From NCBI GenBank assembly GCA_002427015.1, contig DIPE01000027.1, forward strand, positions 1 through 42,357: 42,357 nucleotides of DNA, read 5' to 3'. The translations under genes were made by a program, and so were the position numbers. How positions within the stretch are numbered: position 1 is the stretch's first letter; each line of letters begins with the position of its first letter. Shown in pieces: positions 20,068-30,494 of this stretch. The DNA is from Firmicutes bacterium UBA5496 (GTDB taxonomy: Bacteria > Bacillota > Proteinivoracia > UBA4975). Under the pieces are notes generated by a model. It searched no databases and was not told the origin of the DNA. It was given only the letters and a program-made list of their open reading frames with translations.

Positions 20068-20946
20068 ATGGGGCTGAGAAGAATCGCCATTATAGGCGGC
20101 GACCGCAGAGAGTTGGTACTGGCTGGGGAATTGCTGAATAAGGGATTTTGCCTCAGCCTTTGTGGCTTGGACAGCCAGCCGATGGCTTCAGCCCAATGTT
20201 TTTCAACCCCAATCGAAGCTGCCCGGGGGGCACAGGCGATTATTTTGCCCATGGCTGGAGTGAATAAAGATTTGACTGTACACTGCCCCGCAAGTGCAAA
20301 TCCGCCAAAATTAGATGGGGCTTTTTTTAAGTCATTGCCAGCCCAAATTCCTATAATAATTGGCTGGGCCAATGGGGAAATAAAGGAGCTGGCTTCTGCT
20401 GCCCGCCTGATTGAGGTGGCAAAGGATGATGAATTGGCTGTGCTCAATTCCATCCCTACCGCCGAAGGGGCGATAGCCATTGCCATGAACGAAACACCCG
20501 TCACCCTGCACGGCAATAATGCAATGGTCATTGGCTTTGGCCGCTGTGGAAGTTCCCTGGCCAGAATGCTGGGTGGGATTGGCGCCCAAGTGACGGTCGC
20601 CGCCAGAAAGGCCGCAGACAGAGCCAGAGCTGCTGAGATGGGGTTTACAGCCTGTGCAATTGACGCACTCAGTGAATATGTGCAATCCATGGCCTTTATC
20701 TTTAACACTGTTCCGGCGCCAGTGCTTACAGGTCCGGTGCTGGCCAATGCCCGACAGTGCTATGTACTTGTCGACATTGCATCTGGGGGAGGCACAGATT
20801 TCCAAGCTGCTGGAGACTATGGACTTAAGGCCATTCTTGCACCGGGGCTGCCGGGAAAAGTCGCGCCGGTGACAGCTGGGAAAATCTTGGCCCATGTATA
20901 TCCCCGGTTCTTAGATGAATTAGAATTAAGGGGAGGAGAACATTGA
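20068..20946 (+). CDS. dpaA: Dipicolinate synthase subunit A
   Basis: ATG 20068 follows AAGGAGGAGG. It has a dehydrogenase-like Rossmann motif (VIGFGRCGSSLA) and is paired with dpaB downstream. Confidence 0.88.
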   Translation: MGLRRIAIIGGDRRELVLAGELLNKGFCLSLCGLDSQPMASAQCFSTPIEAARGAQAIILPMAGVNKDLTVHCPASANPPKLDGAFFKSLPAQIPIIIGWANGEIKELASAARLIEVAKDDELAVLNSIPTAEGAIAIAMNETPVTLHGNNAMVIGFGRCGSSLARMLGGIGAQVTVAARKAADRARAAEMGFTACAIDALSEYVQSMAFIFNTVPAPVLTGPVLANARQCYVLVDIASGGGTDFQAAGDYGLKAILAPGLPGKVAPVTAGKILAHVYPRFLDELELRGGEH

Positions 20947-21515
20947 CAGGAAAAAAGATTGGCTTTGCCATAACCGGGTCTCATTGCACTTTTGCAGCCC
21001 TTGTGGACCCGATGAAAAAATTGGTGGAAGGGGGAAATACGCTCATTCCCATTATTTCTGCAGCTGTGGCCGGCACCAGTACTCGCTTTGGCCAAGCTGA
21101 GGGCTGGCACAATATTTTTACAGAAATTTGCCGGCGCCCGCTGATCGATTCCATTAAAGAGGCGGAAGAAATTGCTACCAACAAACTGGATGTAGTAGTT
21201 GTAGCTCCTTGCACAGGCAATACCCTGGCCAAGCTGGCAAATGCCATTACAGATACGCCGGTGACCATGGTGGTCAAGGCCCAGCTGCGAAATGAAAAGC
21301 CCGTAGTCCTGGCCATTTCTACCAATGATGGCCTGGGGGGCAACGCAGTCAACATCGGCAAGCTGCTGGACAAAAAGGGTGTTTATTTTGTCCCCTTCAC
21401 TCAGGATAATCCCCTGGAAAAGCCGCGCTCCCTGGTATGCAATATGTCTCTGCTAACGGATACCATAGAAAATGCCGTCCAGGGCAAACAAATCCAGCCT
21501 ATTCTCTTAAGGTAG
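20943..21515 (+). CDS. dpaB: Dipicolinate synthase subunit B (flavoprotein family)
   Basis: TTGA overlap with the dpaA stop. Motifs KIGFAITGSHCT and VAPCTGNTLAKLANAITDTPV are typical of SpoVFB. Confidence 0.9.
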   Translation: MTGKKIGFAITGSHCTFAALVDPMKKLVEGGNTLIPIISAAVAGTSTRFGQAEGWHNIFTEICRRPLIDSIKEAEEIATNKLDVVVVAPCTGNTLAKLANAITDTPVTMVVKAQLRNEKPVVLAISTNDGLGGNAVNIGKLLDKKGVYFVPFTQDNPLEKPRSLVCNMSLLTDTIENAVQGKQIQPILLR

Positions 21516-21524
21516 GGATGACGG

Positions 21525-22493
21525 GTGCGGATTGGAATAGTTGGAGCAACGGGCATTGTTGGCCGGGAGCTGGTATCCCTTCTGGCTACAAGCAAGTTAA
21601 AGGCCACCGAGCTGAGATTGTCCGCAACCACCAGGTCTGTTGGCAAAAAGGTTGCAACCTGTTTGGGAGAGCAAAATATCGCTGAATTAAATATCGGTTT
21701 TTTCTCCGGCCTGGACTTATGTTTTTTTTGCGTCTCCGGCGAAATAAGTGAAACATGGGTACCCCTGGCGCAGGCCCAGAACGTCATCTGTATTGACAAC
21801 AGCAGCAGATATCGTATGGAAGCAGAGGTACCCCTGGTGGTGCCTGAGGTCAATGGAGAGCTCTTGCGGGGCCAGCCCCGGTTAATCGCCAATCCCAATT
21901 GCATTGTTGCGCCGCTGGCAATGGCTCTGAACCCTATTCAGCGAAGTTTCGGTTTGGAGGATTTGTGGGTCAGCACCTATCAGTCGGTTTCCGGCGCCGG
22001 CCAAGAGGCAATGACACAGCTGGAAGCGGAGTTAATAAACTATCCCAGGCTAAGGCCTGTGCCTGGCCAATTCCTGCTCAATGTCATTGGCTGTATTGGC
22101 AGCTGCGATTCCCAGGGGCATTCTCAGGAGGAAAGGAAAATCATTCAGGAGACAAGAAAAATCCTGGATTTGCCTGCATTGCCTGTGGCGGTAACGGCGG
22201 TGCGGGTTCCCGTCATGCGCGGCCATTGTCAGGCGGTAACTGTCATTACTAAGTGCAGGACCTCGGCGGAGGAAATCAGAGAGGTTTTAACCGCTGGCAA
22301 TGTATGCGTCAGCGCTGATGCGCCGGAGCCCATTGCAGTCCAGGGGACCAATCAGGTTTATGTTGGCCGCCTCAGAGAAAATCAGGAACACCGCCCCCGC
22401 TCCTATTCATTTTGGCTGGCAGCGGACAATCTTCGCAAAGGCGCAGCTTTAAATGCCCTCAGCATCGCTGAGCATTGGTGGTCACTGCAGTGA
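21525..22493 (+). CDS. asd: Aspartate-semialdehyde dehydrogenase
   Basis: GTG start. Motifs RIGIVGATGIVG (NADP site), active-site IANPNC, and QSVSGAG. Confidence 0.92.
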   Translation: MRIGIVGATGIVGRELVSLLATSKLKATELRLSATTRSVGKKVATCLGEQNIAELNIGFFSGLDLCFFCVSGEISETWVPLAQAQNVICIDNSSRYRMEAEVPLVVPEVNGELLRGQPRLIANPNCIVAPLAMALNPIQRSFGLEDLWVSTYQSVSGAGQEAMTQLEAELINYPRLRPVPGQFLLNVIGCIGSCDSQGHSQEERKIIQETRKILDLPALPVAVTAVRVPVMRGHCQAVTVITKCRTSAEEIREVLTAGNVCVSADAPEPIAVQGTNQVYVGRLRENQEHRPRSYSFWLAADNLRKGAALNALSIAEHWWSLQ

Positions 22494-23701
22494 AAAACCA
22501 GGTAGTAGTGCATAAATACGGCGGCACCACCTTAAAAGATCCCCGCCAGCTTCGGAATTGCGGGGAAAATATCTGCAGAGAATATAAGAGCGGCAAAAGG
22601 CCTGTAGTTGTTGTTTCTGCTATGGGCAGAAACGGGGACCCATATGCCACCGATACCTTTCTCGGCTTGGCCTATGCAATTTCATCCGCTCCTGCCGCAC
22701 GAGAGCTGGACCTTTTGATGGCCTGCGGTGAACTGGTATCGGCAACTCTGTTGGCAGTTCAGCTCCAGGAGCTGGGCTGTGCAGCCATGGCTCTCACCGG
22801 CAGCCAGGTGGGAATCATCACTGATGAGAACCATGGCAATGCGGAAATTCAGGCTGTGGAGCTAAAGCGAATCCGCCAGGTGCTGGAAGCGGGCATAATT
22901 CCCGTAATCTGCGGGTTTCAGGGTGTTACAGCCAGCGGAGAACTGACCACCCTGGGCAGAGGCGGCAGCGATATTACGGCCGTGGCGGTGGCTGCGGCAT
23001 TAAAGCTGGATTCAGCTACAATTTATACGGATGTGCCGGCGATTAAGACTGCCGATCCCAAACTGGTCAAGGAAGCCCGTCCCATTTTTCAGCTACATTA
23101 TCAGGAAATCCTGGAAATGGCTGTAGAAGGGGCGAGAGTCATTCATCCCCGGGCAGTGGAAAGGGCAATGGCCGATGATATTCGCCTGATTATTACATCT
23201 CTGACCAACGGCAGCACCCCGCCCACGGAAATAGGACCCAGGCACAGCACCGGCAAGGGGGAGGGAATCATTCGCGCCATCACCCATATCACAGGCTTAA
23301 ATCAGTATAAATTTGATCTGGAACCGGCAAAAATGGCGGTTTTGCTGGATGAAATCGCTGCCGCCGACATCAATCTGGATTTAATCAACTTGGCTGATAC
23401 TGGACACAGCTTTACTGTAGCCAACACTGACGCTAAGACAATCGAGAAAATTTTAGAGAAAAGAAAAACAGAAGCCCAAAGCCGGGAGGACTGCAGCAAA
23501 ATATCTTTGATCGGAGTGGGAATCCGGGGGGTGTCAGGCCTGATGAACCGCATATACAAACCCCTGACTGGGGGGAATATTCCCGTCTATCACACCTCGG
23601 ATTCATATACGCAAATCGCCTTGCTTGTGCCGCAAGCAAGGCTGGCAGAGGCAGTCAACTGCCTGCATCAAGTGTTTTTCGGGGAGGATGATATGAGTTG
23701 A
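22490..23701 (+). CDS. dapG: Aspartokinase (DAP/dipicolinate-branch isozyme by synteny)
   Basis: GTG 22490 overlaps the asd stop (GTGA) and is preceded by GGTGG. Motifs VHKYGGTTL, VVSAMG and GRGGSD, with C-terminal ACT repeats. Confidence 0.88.
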   Translation: MKNQVVVHKYGGTTLKDPRQLRNCGENICREYKSGKRPVVVVSAMGRNGDPYATDTFLGLAYAISSAPAARELDLLMACGELVSATLLAVQLQELGCAAMALTGSQVGIITDENHGNAEIQAVELKRIRQVLEAGIIPVICGFQGVTASGELTTLGRGGSDITAVAVAAALKLDSATIYTDVPAIKTADPKLVKEARPIFQLHYQEILEMAVEGARVIHPRAVERAMADDIRLIITSLTNGSTPPTEIGPRHSTGKGEGIIRAITHITGLNQYKFDLEPAKMAVLLDEIAAADINLDLINLADTGHSFTVANTDAKTIEKILEKRKTEAQSREDCSKISLIGVGIRGVSGLMNRIYKPLTGGNIPVYHTSDSYTQIALLVPQARLAEAVNCLHQVFFGEDDMS

Positions 23702-24591
23702 AGCGCATGGAGTGGGGCAAAACCCTGACAGCAATGGTAACGCCCATGGATGCCGCGGGAGAATTAGATATCCCGGCGGCAGTGGATTTAGCCCGGGATA
23801 TCATCGCTCACGGCTGTGATGGCATTGTCGTCTGCGGCACCACGGGTGAGGCGGCCACACTGTCCACCGAAGAAAAACTGCGCCTGATTTCCAGCCTTGG
23901 AGAAGAAATCAGGGGCGAGGGGCTGCTCATTGCCGGGGTGGGGGGAAACTGCACCCGAGATACAGTTGGCTTAATCCGCCAGGTAGAGGCCCTGCCTGCA
24001 GACGGTTATATGGTAATTACCCCTTATTACAACAAACCTAACCAAGCCGGGCTGGTTCAGCATTACATGGCAGTGGATGCTGCCAGCACCAGGCCAATTA
24101 TGTTGTACAATGTGCCCTCCCGTACGGGAATAGATATGTCAAAGGATGATTATGAACTGGTGCTGGCAAACTGCCCGAAAATAACAGCTGTCAAAGAGGC
24201 AAGCCCTGATTTGACAAAAGGCGGCTGGCTTGCCGCTCAGTTTCCGGATGTGGATTTTTTCAGCGGCAATGACAATCTCACTTTGCCCTTGATGGTTCTT
24301 GGCTTTAAAGGGGTAGTGAGTGTAGCGGCAAATGTGGTCCCTGCTGCCATGGCGCAATTAACTGCCTTGGCAAGCCAGGGAGATTGGGCGGGGGCAAGGC
24401 ATATCCATGAATTTTTGTCACCGCTGTTTGCAGCCCTGTTTGTGGAGACAAATCCGGTGCCGGTGAAGGCTGCCCTGGAACTCCAGGGCTGGCCCGCAGG
24501 CAGCCCCAGGTTGCCCCTGGCCAGGCTTTCCCAGACCAATACTTCCTGGCTGGCTGAGGTGATGAAAAACTATACCCGGGAAGGGCGTTAG
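23698..24591 (+). CDS. dapA: 4-hydroxy-tetrahydrodipicolinate synthase
   Basis: TTGA overlap with the dapG stop, with GGAGG 10 nt upstream. Motifs CGTTGEAATLS, YNKP, and Schiff-base lysine context AVKEAS. Confidence 0.92.
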   Translation: MKRMEWGKTLTAMVTPMDAAGELDIPAAVDLARDIIAHGCDGIVVCGTTGEAATLSTEEKLRLISSLGEEIRGEGLLIAGVGGNCTRDTVGLIRQVEALPADGYMVITPYYNKPNQAGLVQHYMAVDAASTRPIMLYNVPSRTGIDMSKDDYELVLANCPKITAVKEASPDLTKGGWLAAQFPDVDFFSGNDNLTLPLMVLGFKGVVSVAANVVPAAMAQLTALASQGDWAGARHIHEFLSPLFAALFVETNPVPVKAALELQGWPAGSPRLPLARLSQTNTSWLAEVMKNYTREGR

Positions 24592-24602
24592 CCCTTCTCA
24601 AC

Positions 24603-24631
24603 TTGTATCAAGGCGGAAGATGCGATATAAT
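24603..24631 (+). promoter_or_regulatory. Candidate sigA promoter for rnj
   Basis: TTGTAT (24603-08), a 17-nt spacer, then TATAAT (24626-31), about 44 nt upstream of the rnj ATG. Confidence 0.45.
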
Positions 24632-24674
24632 AGGCCTATTGAACTGCGGTCGGGAAATTACTAACGGAGGTGTA

Positions 24675-26381
24675 ATGTTGGCAGATACTAACAAACGAAG
24701 GAGGACCCGCAAGAGGGCTCCTGTCAATAACGAAAGGGTCAGGCTGGTTTCCCTGGGCGGTGTGGGTGAAATCGGCAAAAATATGTTTGCTTTTGAATAT
24801 GAGCAAGAGATAGTCGTTATTGACGGTGGTTTAAAATTCCCGGAAGAAGACATGCTGGGAGTAGACATTGTCATCCCAGATACCAGTTACCTGGTGGAAA
24901 ACCAGGATAAAGTTGCCGCTATTCTCTTGACTCATGGTCATGAGGACCATATCGGGGGCTTGCCTTATATCCTTAAGCAACTTCCTAAACCGGTCTATGG
25001 CACAAAGCTGACCCTGGGCATTCTCGAAGGCAAACTCAAGGAAAAGGGAATGCTGGCAGAATGTGACCTGCGCCAGATCAAGCCAGGGATGAAACTGCAG
25101 GTTACTGAAAATATCCAAGCCGAGTTCTTTGTAGTAAATCACAGTATTCCCGATGCTGTGGGAATTTGTTTGCGCACCCCCGCCGGATTGATTGTCCACT
25201 GCGGCGATTTTAAAATTGATCATACTCCTGTCGACGGCAGGGTTATGGATTTTAACCGCTTGGCCCAATATGGCGAGGAGGGTGTGCTCGCCGTTCTCAT
25301 CGACTCTACAAATGCCGAACGTCCTGGCTTTACCCAATCGGAGACCAAGGTGGGCGAAACCATTTCGGAAGTGCTGCGCCTCTCTGACAATCGGGTAATC
25401 CTGGCTACCTTTGCTTCCAATGTCCACAGAATTCAGCAGGTTCTTAACGCCGCCGCGGAACATAAACGCAAAGTAGCCGTCAACGGGCGCTCAATGGTCA
25501 ATGTGGTCAATATCGCCATGGAGCTTGGATACCTTAAGGATCATCATCATGTCCTGGTGGAAGTGGAAGATGCAATCAAATTGCCCCCCCATAAAGTGGT
25601 GCTGCTGACCACCGGCAGTCAGGGGGAACCCATGTCCGGTCTCAGCAGAATGGCGGCAGGGGAGCACCGCAAGGTGGAGATTGTCCCCGGAGATACGGTA
25701 ATCTTTGCTGCCAATCCCATTCCCGGCAATGAAAAACTGGTATCCCGGACCATTGACAACTTATTCCGGCTGGGGGCGGATGTCATTTATGAATCGGTAT
25801 CCGGAACCCATGTCTCCGGACATGCCAGCCAGGAAGAAATCAAACTGCTGTTGAGCTTGCTCAAGCCCAAATATGCTATTCCCGTGCACGGGGAGTACCG
25901 CCACTGCATCCACTTTCAGAAGCTTGCCACCGCCCAGGGCATCCCCCTCAGCAATATCCCCCTCATAAAAATCGGGGAATTATGGGAGTTTTCAGCCTCT
26001 GCTGCCAAGCATGTGAGCACTGTGCCGTCAGGCCAGGTGATGGTTGACGGCTTAGGGATAGGCGATGTGGGCAATATTGTGCTCAGGGACCGCAAACAGC
26101 TTTCCATGGATGGAATTTTAATCGTGGTCCTGACTTTGGAAAAGGCTACCGGCAAGGTCCTTTCCGGCCCAGATATCGTCTCCAGGGGCTTTGTCTATGT
26201 GCGAGAGTCTGAAGACCTGATGGCAGAAGCAAGAGATGTCATCCGGGGCTATCTATCTGAAAACGGCACGCAAACTGAGTGGTCGGTGATAAAATCCGGC
26301 ATTCGCGATTGTCTCGGCAAATTTCTCTATGACAAAACCCGCCGCAGTCCAATGATTATTCCCATAATCATGGAAGTCTAA
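24675..26381 (+). CDS. rnj: Ribonuclease J (beta-CASP metallo-beta-lactamase)
   Basis: ATG 24675 follows ACGGAGG. Motifs LGGVGEIGKN, LTHGHEDHIGGLPY and HVSGHASQEE. Confidence 0.9.
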   Translation: MLADTNKRRRTRKRAPVNNERVRLVSLGGVGEIGKNMFAFEYEQEIVVIDGGLKFPEEDMLGVDIVIPDTSYLVENQDKVAAILLTHGHEDHIGGLPYILKQLPKPVYGTKLTLGILEGKLKEKGMLAECDLRQIKPGMKLQVTENIQAEFFVVNHSIPDAVGICLRTPAGLIVHCGDFKIDHTPVDGRVMDFNRLAQYGEEGVLAVLIDSTNAERPGFTQSETKVGETISEVLRLSDNRVILATFASNVHRIQQVLNAAAEHKRKVAVNGRSMVNVVNIAMELGYLKDHHHVLVEVEDAIKLPPHKVVLLTTGSQGEPMSGLSRMAAGEHRKVEIVPGDTVIFAANPIPGNEKLVSRTIDNLFRLGADVIYESVSGTHVSGHASQEEIKLLLSLLKPKYAIPVHGEYRHCIHFQKLATAQGIPLSNIPLIKIGELWEFSASAAKHVSTVPSGQVMVDGLGIGDVGNIVLRDRKQLSMDGILIVVLTLEKATGKVLSGPDIVSRGFVYVRESEDLMAEARDVIRGYLSENGTQTEWSVIKSGIRDCLGKFLYDKTRRSPMIIPIIMEV

Positions 26382-26388
26382 GTTATGG

Positions 26389-26414
26389 AACCCTGCCTGC
26401 AGCAGGGTTTTTTC
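26389..26414 (+). terminator. Rho-independent terminator after rnj
   Basis: aaccctgc (26389-96) pairs with gcagggtt (26402-09), followed by a T run. Confidence 0.75.
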
Positions 26415-26469
26415 TACATAAACGGAGTCTTAAGGGGGAAACTATTGCAAACTAAAGAGGAGTGGTGAA

Positions 26470-27150
26470 GTGACTGCAATGGATGTCGGGCGCAACCCGC
26501 AGCTGGAAAATATCGAAAGCATGGGGCAAAATGTCCTGCCAGCCCCTGCTCCCAGCAGCATTCATATCCTCAACATCATCGGCCAGATTGAGGGGCATGT
26601 GGTGCTGCCTCCCCAAAATAAGACCACAAAATATGAACATATTATTCCTCAGTTGGCAGCGGTCGAACAGAATCAGTCAATCCAAGGCCTGTTGGTGATT
26701 CTCAATACAGTAGGCGGCGACGTGGAGGCAGGGCTGGCAATAGCGGAAATGATTAAGTCTCTGAGCAAGCCCACAGTCTCCCTGGTTCTGGGAGGAGGAC
26801 ACAGCATTGGTGTGCCGATAGCTGTCAGCACCAATTATTCCATAATCGCTGAAACCGCGACTATGACCATCCATCCAATCCGTTTGACGGGTTTGGTGAT
26901 TGGCGTTCCGCAGACTTATGAATACCTGGATAAAATGCAGGACCGAGTAGTGGACTTTGTCTGCCGCAATTCCAAGATCGCCAAAGCAGCCTTTAGGGAA
27001 CTGATGTTTCGCACTGGCGAACTGGCCCGAGATATTGGCACAGTGCTGGTGGGCAAAGATGCCGTGGAAGCTGGTTTAATAGATGGCGTTGGCGGCATAG
27101 CCACTGCCATTGAGAAAATTCATGCTTTGACGAAAGACAGGGTACATTAA
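26470..27150 (+). CDS. tepA: ClpP-fold protease-like protein TepA
   Basis: GTG lies 7 nt after AGAGGAG. The pattern [42 protein letters not shown] is typical of TepA/ClpP-like proteins. Position rnj-tepA-ylzJ-ftsK matches B. subtilis. Confidence 0.8.
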   Translation: MTAMDVGRNPQLENIESMGQNVLPAPAPSSIHILNIIGQIEGHVVLPPQNKTTKYEHIIPQLAAVEQNQSIQGLLVILNTVGGDVEAGLAIAEMIKSLSKPTVSLVLGGGHSIGVPIAVSTNYSIIAETATMTIHPIRLTGLVIGVPQTYEYLDKMQDRVVDFVCRNSKIAKAAFRELMFRTGELARDIGTVLVGKDAVEAGLIDGVGGIATAIEKIHALTKDRVH

Positions 27151-27363
27151 ATGGTGCTGTACACCCCTTATGATATTGATATAATTATGCAGGACCTGAC
27201 CAAGCCCCAGACAAAGCAGCGGGAGGTAAGACTGACAAACGGAATTGTGCTCCTGGGCCAGGATGTAGAATCAGGCTTTAAGATTGAACGGGTGGTCTGC
27301 GGCAACTGCAACGCCTACCTTATTCCTGAATATCAGCCGGGCATGGTAATCAAGCTCACCTGA
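27151..27363 (+). CDS. ylzJ: YlzJ-like small protein
   Basis: 70-aa ORF whose ATG abuts the tepA stop. Size, the MVLYTP.. N-terminus and its position match ylzJ. The call rests largely on synteny. Confidence 0.6.
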   Translation: MVLYTPYDIDIIMQDLTKPQTKQREVRLTNGIVLLGQDVESGFKIERVVCGNCNAYLIPEYQPGMVIKLT

Positions 27364-27419
27364 CCCGGTCTGTTTTTTTATACCAGCTTATGATAATATC
27401 AAAATCGGAGGGATGTCCA

Positions 27420-28238
27420 ATGGACTATTTAAAGGCAGTATTGCTTGGCCTGATTCAGGGCCTCACCGAGTTTTTGCCTGTCAGCAGTTCCGGCCACTTG
27501 GTATTGGCCCAGAGGTTGCTGGGAATTGAAATTCCCGGAGTAACCTTTGAAGTGTTCCTGCACGTGGGCACTTTAATTTCTGTAATCTGGGTGTTCCGGG
27601 AGCGCCTTGCCAACATAATCAAATCATTCCTTGTTTTATTCAAAAAAGAAGAATGGGCGCGGTTTGCCGCTAACCCCGACCGCCGCTTTGGCTTGCTTTT
27701 AATCGCCGCCAGCATCCCAACTGCTATTATTGCTTTTCTCCTCAATGACTTTATCGAAAAGGCCTTTGGCAGCACCCTTTTTGTAGGCATCGCTCTGCTG
27801 ATAACTGGGGGTTTGCTCTGGGTGGCGGATGCTTTGCCGGGAGGCAATAAAGATATCACCAAAACCACTGCCCTTGATGCCGTCTTAATTGGTGTTTTTC
27901 AAGGGATTGCAATCTTTCCCGGCATATCCCGGTCGGGAGCTACAATCAGCGGCGCCCTTTTCCGCAAGCTGGACAAGCGCACCGCCGCAGAATTTTCCTT
28001 TCTCCTTTCCATTCCGGCAATTCTCGGGGGCGCTCTGGTGGAGGTAATTAAAATTGGTCAAGAAACTGCCGGGGCAGCAATGGATTGGCTCTTTTATCTG
28101 GCGGGCATTGTCGCGGCAGCGGCGGCAGGCATTTTTGCCATCAGATTTTTTATTCGACTGCTGGTCAGGGACAGGCTGCGCATCTTCGCTGTTTACTGTT
28201 GGTTAGTTGGGGTGATTGTAATCCTCATTACTCTGTAA
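27420..28238 (+). CDS. uppP: Undecaprenyl-diphosphate phosphatase
   Basis: ATG 27420 follows GGAGGG. Motifs GLTEFLPVSSSGH and PGISRSGATI; 7-8 TM segments. Confidence 0.9.
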   Translation: MDYLKAVLLGLIQGLTEFLPVSSSGHLVLAQRLLGIEIPGVTFEVFLHVGTLISVIWVFRERLANIIKSFLVLFKKEEWARFAANPDRRFGLLLIAASIPTAIIAFLLNDFIEKAFGSTLFVGIALLITGGLLWVADALPGGNKDITKTTALDAVLIGVFQGIAIFPGISRSGATISGALFRKLDKRTAAEFSFLLSIPAILGGALVEVIKIGQETAGAAMDWLFYLAGIVAAAAAGIFAIRFFIRLLVRDRLRIFAVYCWLVGVIVILITL

Positions 28239-28250
28239 AGGGGTGTATTT

Positions 28251-30494
28251 ATGGCTAGAACCCGAAGACGCCGGCGCAAAGACAGACAGGTCCACAACGA
28301 GGTTGGCGGCCTGATTATGGTGGCCATTGCAGTGCTGGCAGGCGCCAGCCTGTTTTCTCCAGAGAATGTGGGCAAAATCGGCGGCTTTCTTGCCCGTCTG
28401 CAGTGGACTATCGCCGGCCAATACGCACTTTTTATACCTTTTTCTCTGTTTTTATGGGGATTTAGGATGATTTTCTTTCCCAATTCCGCTTTATTTGCCC
28501 GCAGGGCAATTGGCAGTCTGCTGATTATTCTGTGTATATTAACGGCAGTGCACATCGCCGCCGCAGATAAAGACTATTCCACAGAAACCCTGCTGAATAT
28601 TGCCAAGCAGGATGGCAAACCCGTTGCCGGTGGCGGAATTATCGGCGCCCTGGGCGCCCTGGGCCTGTTAAAGGCCTTTGGACTTGTGGGCGGAGTTGTC
28701 ATTCTGGTTTCAGTGGCAGCCATCGGCATTTTTCTCCTCTTAAACATTTCCCTCAAGCAGTTTGTCCAGTATTTGTCCCGGTTTGCCAAATCCGCCGTCA
28801 AGGCTTTTGTGCAGGTCACGGGCCGGCTTAATTCCGCTATAAGAAAGATGGTAAAATCTGCGGGCACCCCTGCTGGGGACAAGCCTGCTGCCGACTCTGT
28901 AAATATCCACGATTATCAGGTTCCCGTGGAGGACGAGGCGGCCCCTCCGGCGCCCCAGGTGCATCAGCCTGTTCTTGTTGAATCGGCTCCCGAGCATTCT
29001 GCCCCTGCCGATGACCTGGAGGAATCGGTAATTGAGCTGGAACATGAAGAACCGGAACTTTACCAGCTGCCGCCTCTGAGCCTGCTTCAGAAAACCATTC
29101 GCCTCAAGGACCCTCAGGGGCGGAGAGAACTGGTTTCCCAAGCGGATATTTTAGAGGAGACTCTTGCCAGCTTCGGCATTGAAGCAAAGGTAATCAATGT
29201 TCATCGGGGGCCCACTATTACCAGATTTGAAATTCAGCCGGCTTCAGGAGTCAAGGTCAGCAGGATTGTCAATCTGGCCGATGATTTAGCCTTGAATCTT
29301 GCTGCCACCGGTGTCAGAATCGAGGCGCCTATTCCCGGCAAATCCGCCATTGGCCTGGAAGTAGCCAACAAGTCCAAGGCTACCGTGTATTTGCGAGAGG
29401 TGCTGGAGACCCCCGAATTCCTGGACAATCCTTCCAAGTTGGCTATTGCCCTTGGCAAGGACATTGCCGGCGCCACGATAATCGCCGATTTAATGGATAT
29501 TCCCCACCTGCTCATCGCTGGGGCCACCGGTTCGGGAAAATCAGTTTGCCTCAACGCGATTATCATCTCTTTGTTGTACAAAGCCAAACCATCGGAGCTG
29601 AAGTTCCTACTTATCGACCCCAAAGTGGTGGAATTAAATGTGTACAACGGACTGCCGCACTTGCTCTGTCCTGTGGTCACCGATCCCCGCCTGGCTTCCC
29701 AGGGCCTGAAAAATATCATCAAGGAAATGGAGCAGCGTTATCATCTCTTTGCTGAGGTTGGGGCAAGAGACATACAGCGCTATAATGAGTTTGCCCTGGA
29801 AAGGCAGGAGAAGCCCTTGCCCTATGTAATTGTCATCATTGACGAGCTGGCGGACCTGATGATGACTGCCGCCACAGATGTTGAGGATGCCATCTTTAGA
29901 ATTGCCCAGAAGTCTCGGGCTGCGGGAATTCATCTCATTGTGGCTACCCAGCGTCCATCCGTTGACGTCATAACCGGAGTGATTAAAGCCAATCTCACTA
30001 CAAGGATTGCCTTTGCCGTTTCTTCCCAGGCCGACTCCAAGACCATCCTGGACATGGGAGGAGCCGAAAAGCTTTTGGGCCGAGGAGATATGCTCTTTTC
30101 GCCCCTGGGCTCGGCCAAGCCTCAGCGGCTCCAAAGCGCATTTATATCCGATGAAGAAGTGGAGAAAGTAGTTGCTCATATCCTAGGCCAGTCCATGCCA
30201 GTGCCGCGCACAGATTTTCTCCAGCCCCATGAAGAGGATGCTGAAGAGGAGCCCGTGGAAATGGATGAATTGCTTCCGGAAGCAGCGAGGATGATTGTCG
30301 AAAGCGGACAGGCCTCAATCTCCATGCTGCAAAGGCGCCTGCGCATAGGGTATACCCGGGCGGGCCGGCTCATTGACGATATGGAGCGCTTGTCCATTGT
30401 GGGTGGGCATGAAGGCAGCAAAGCCAGAAAAATCCTGGTCACCCTGGCTCAATTGGAAGAAATTTTGGAAAACCAAGAGCGTTTAAACCCATAA
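28251..30494 (+). CDS. ftsK: DNA translocase FtsK/SpoIIIE
   Basis: N-terminal TM block, a P/A/E-rich linker, a motor domain with Walker A GATGSGKSV and Walker B VIVIIDELADL, and a C-terminal gamma winged helix (SISMLQRRLRIGYTRAGRLID). Confidence 0.92.
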   Translation: MARTRRRRRKDRQVHNEVGGLIMVAIAVLAGASLFSPENVGKIGGFLARLQWTIAGQYALFIPFSLFLWGFRMIFFPNSALFARRAIGSLLIILCILTAVHIAAADKDYSTETLLNIAKQDGKPVAGGGIIGALGALGLLKAFGLVGGVVILVSVAAIGIFLLLNISLKQFVQYLSRFAKSAVKAFVQVTGRLNSAIRKMVKSAGTPAGDKPAADSVNIHDYQVPVEDEAAPPAPQVHQPVLVESAPEHSAPADDLEESVIELEHEEPELYQLPPLSLLQKTIRLKDPQGRRELVSQADILEETLASFGIEAKVINVHRGPTITRFEIQPASGVKVSRIVNLADDLALNLAATGVRIEAPIPGKSAIGLEVANKSKATVYLREVLETPEFLDNPSKLAIALGKDIAGATIIADLMDIPHLLIAGATGSGKSVCLNAIIISLLYKAKPSELKFLLIDPKVVELNVYNGLPHLLCPVVTDPRLASQGLKNIIKEMEQRYHLFAEVGARDIQRYNEFALERQEKPLPYVIVIIDELADLMMTAATDVEDAIFRIAQKSRAAGIHLIVATQRPSVDVITGVIKANLTTRIAFAVSSQADSKTILDMGGAEKLLGRGDMLFSPLGSAKPQRLQSAFISDEEVEKVVAHILGQSMPVPRTDFLQPHEEDAEEEPVEMDELLPEAARMIVESGQASISMLQRRLRIGYTRAGRLIDDMERLSIVGGHEGSKARKILVTLAQLEEILENQERLNP

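Noticed and set aside
19938-20747. 269-aa ORF on the minus strand antisense to dpaA
   Set aside because: It lies entirely within a well-supported CDS. Its A/S/P/R-rich composition is typical of the antisense frame of a moderately GC-rich gene. It has no RBS and no recognisable motif.
21516-22493. Lysine (L-box) riboswitch or T-box upstream of asd/dapG/dapA
   Set aside because: The intergenic gaps are 9 nt or are overlaps, which leaves no room for a leader RNA. The only long leaders in the window (24592-24674 and 40597-40757) show none of the conserved riboswitch cores I can recognise.
27151-27363. tepA-ylzJ as a toxin-antitoxin-like small-gene pair
   Set aside because: The arrangement is the conserved tepA-ylzJ synteny of spore-formers. 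There are no TA family motifs, and the larger gene has a ClpP fold.
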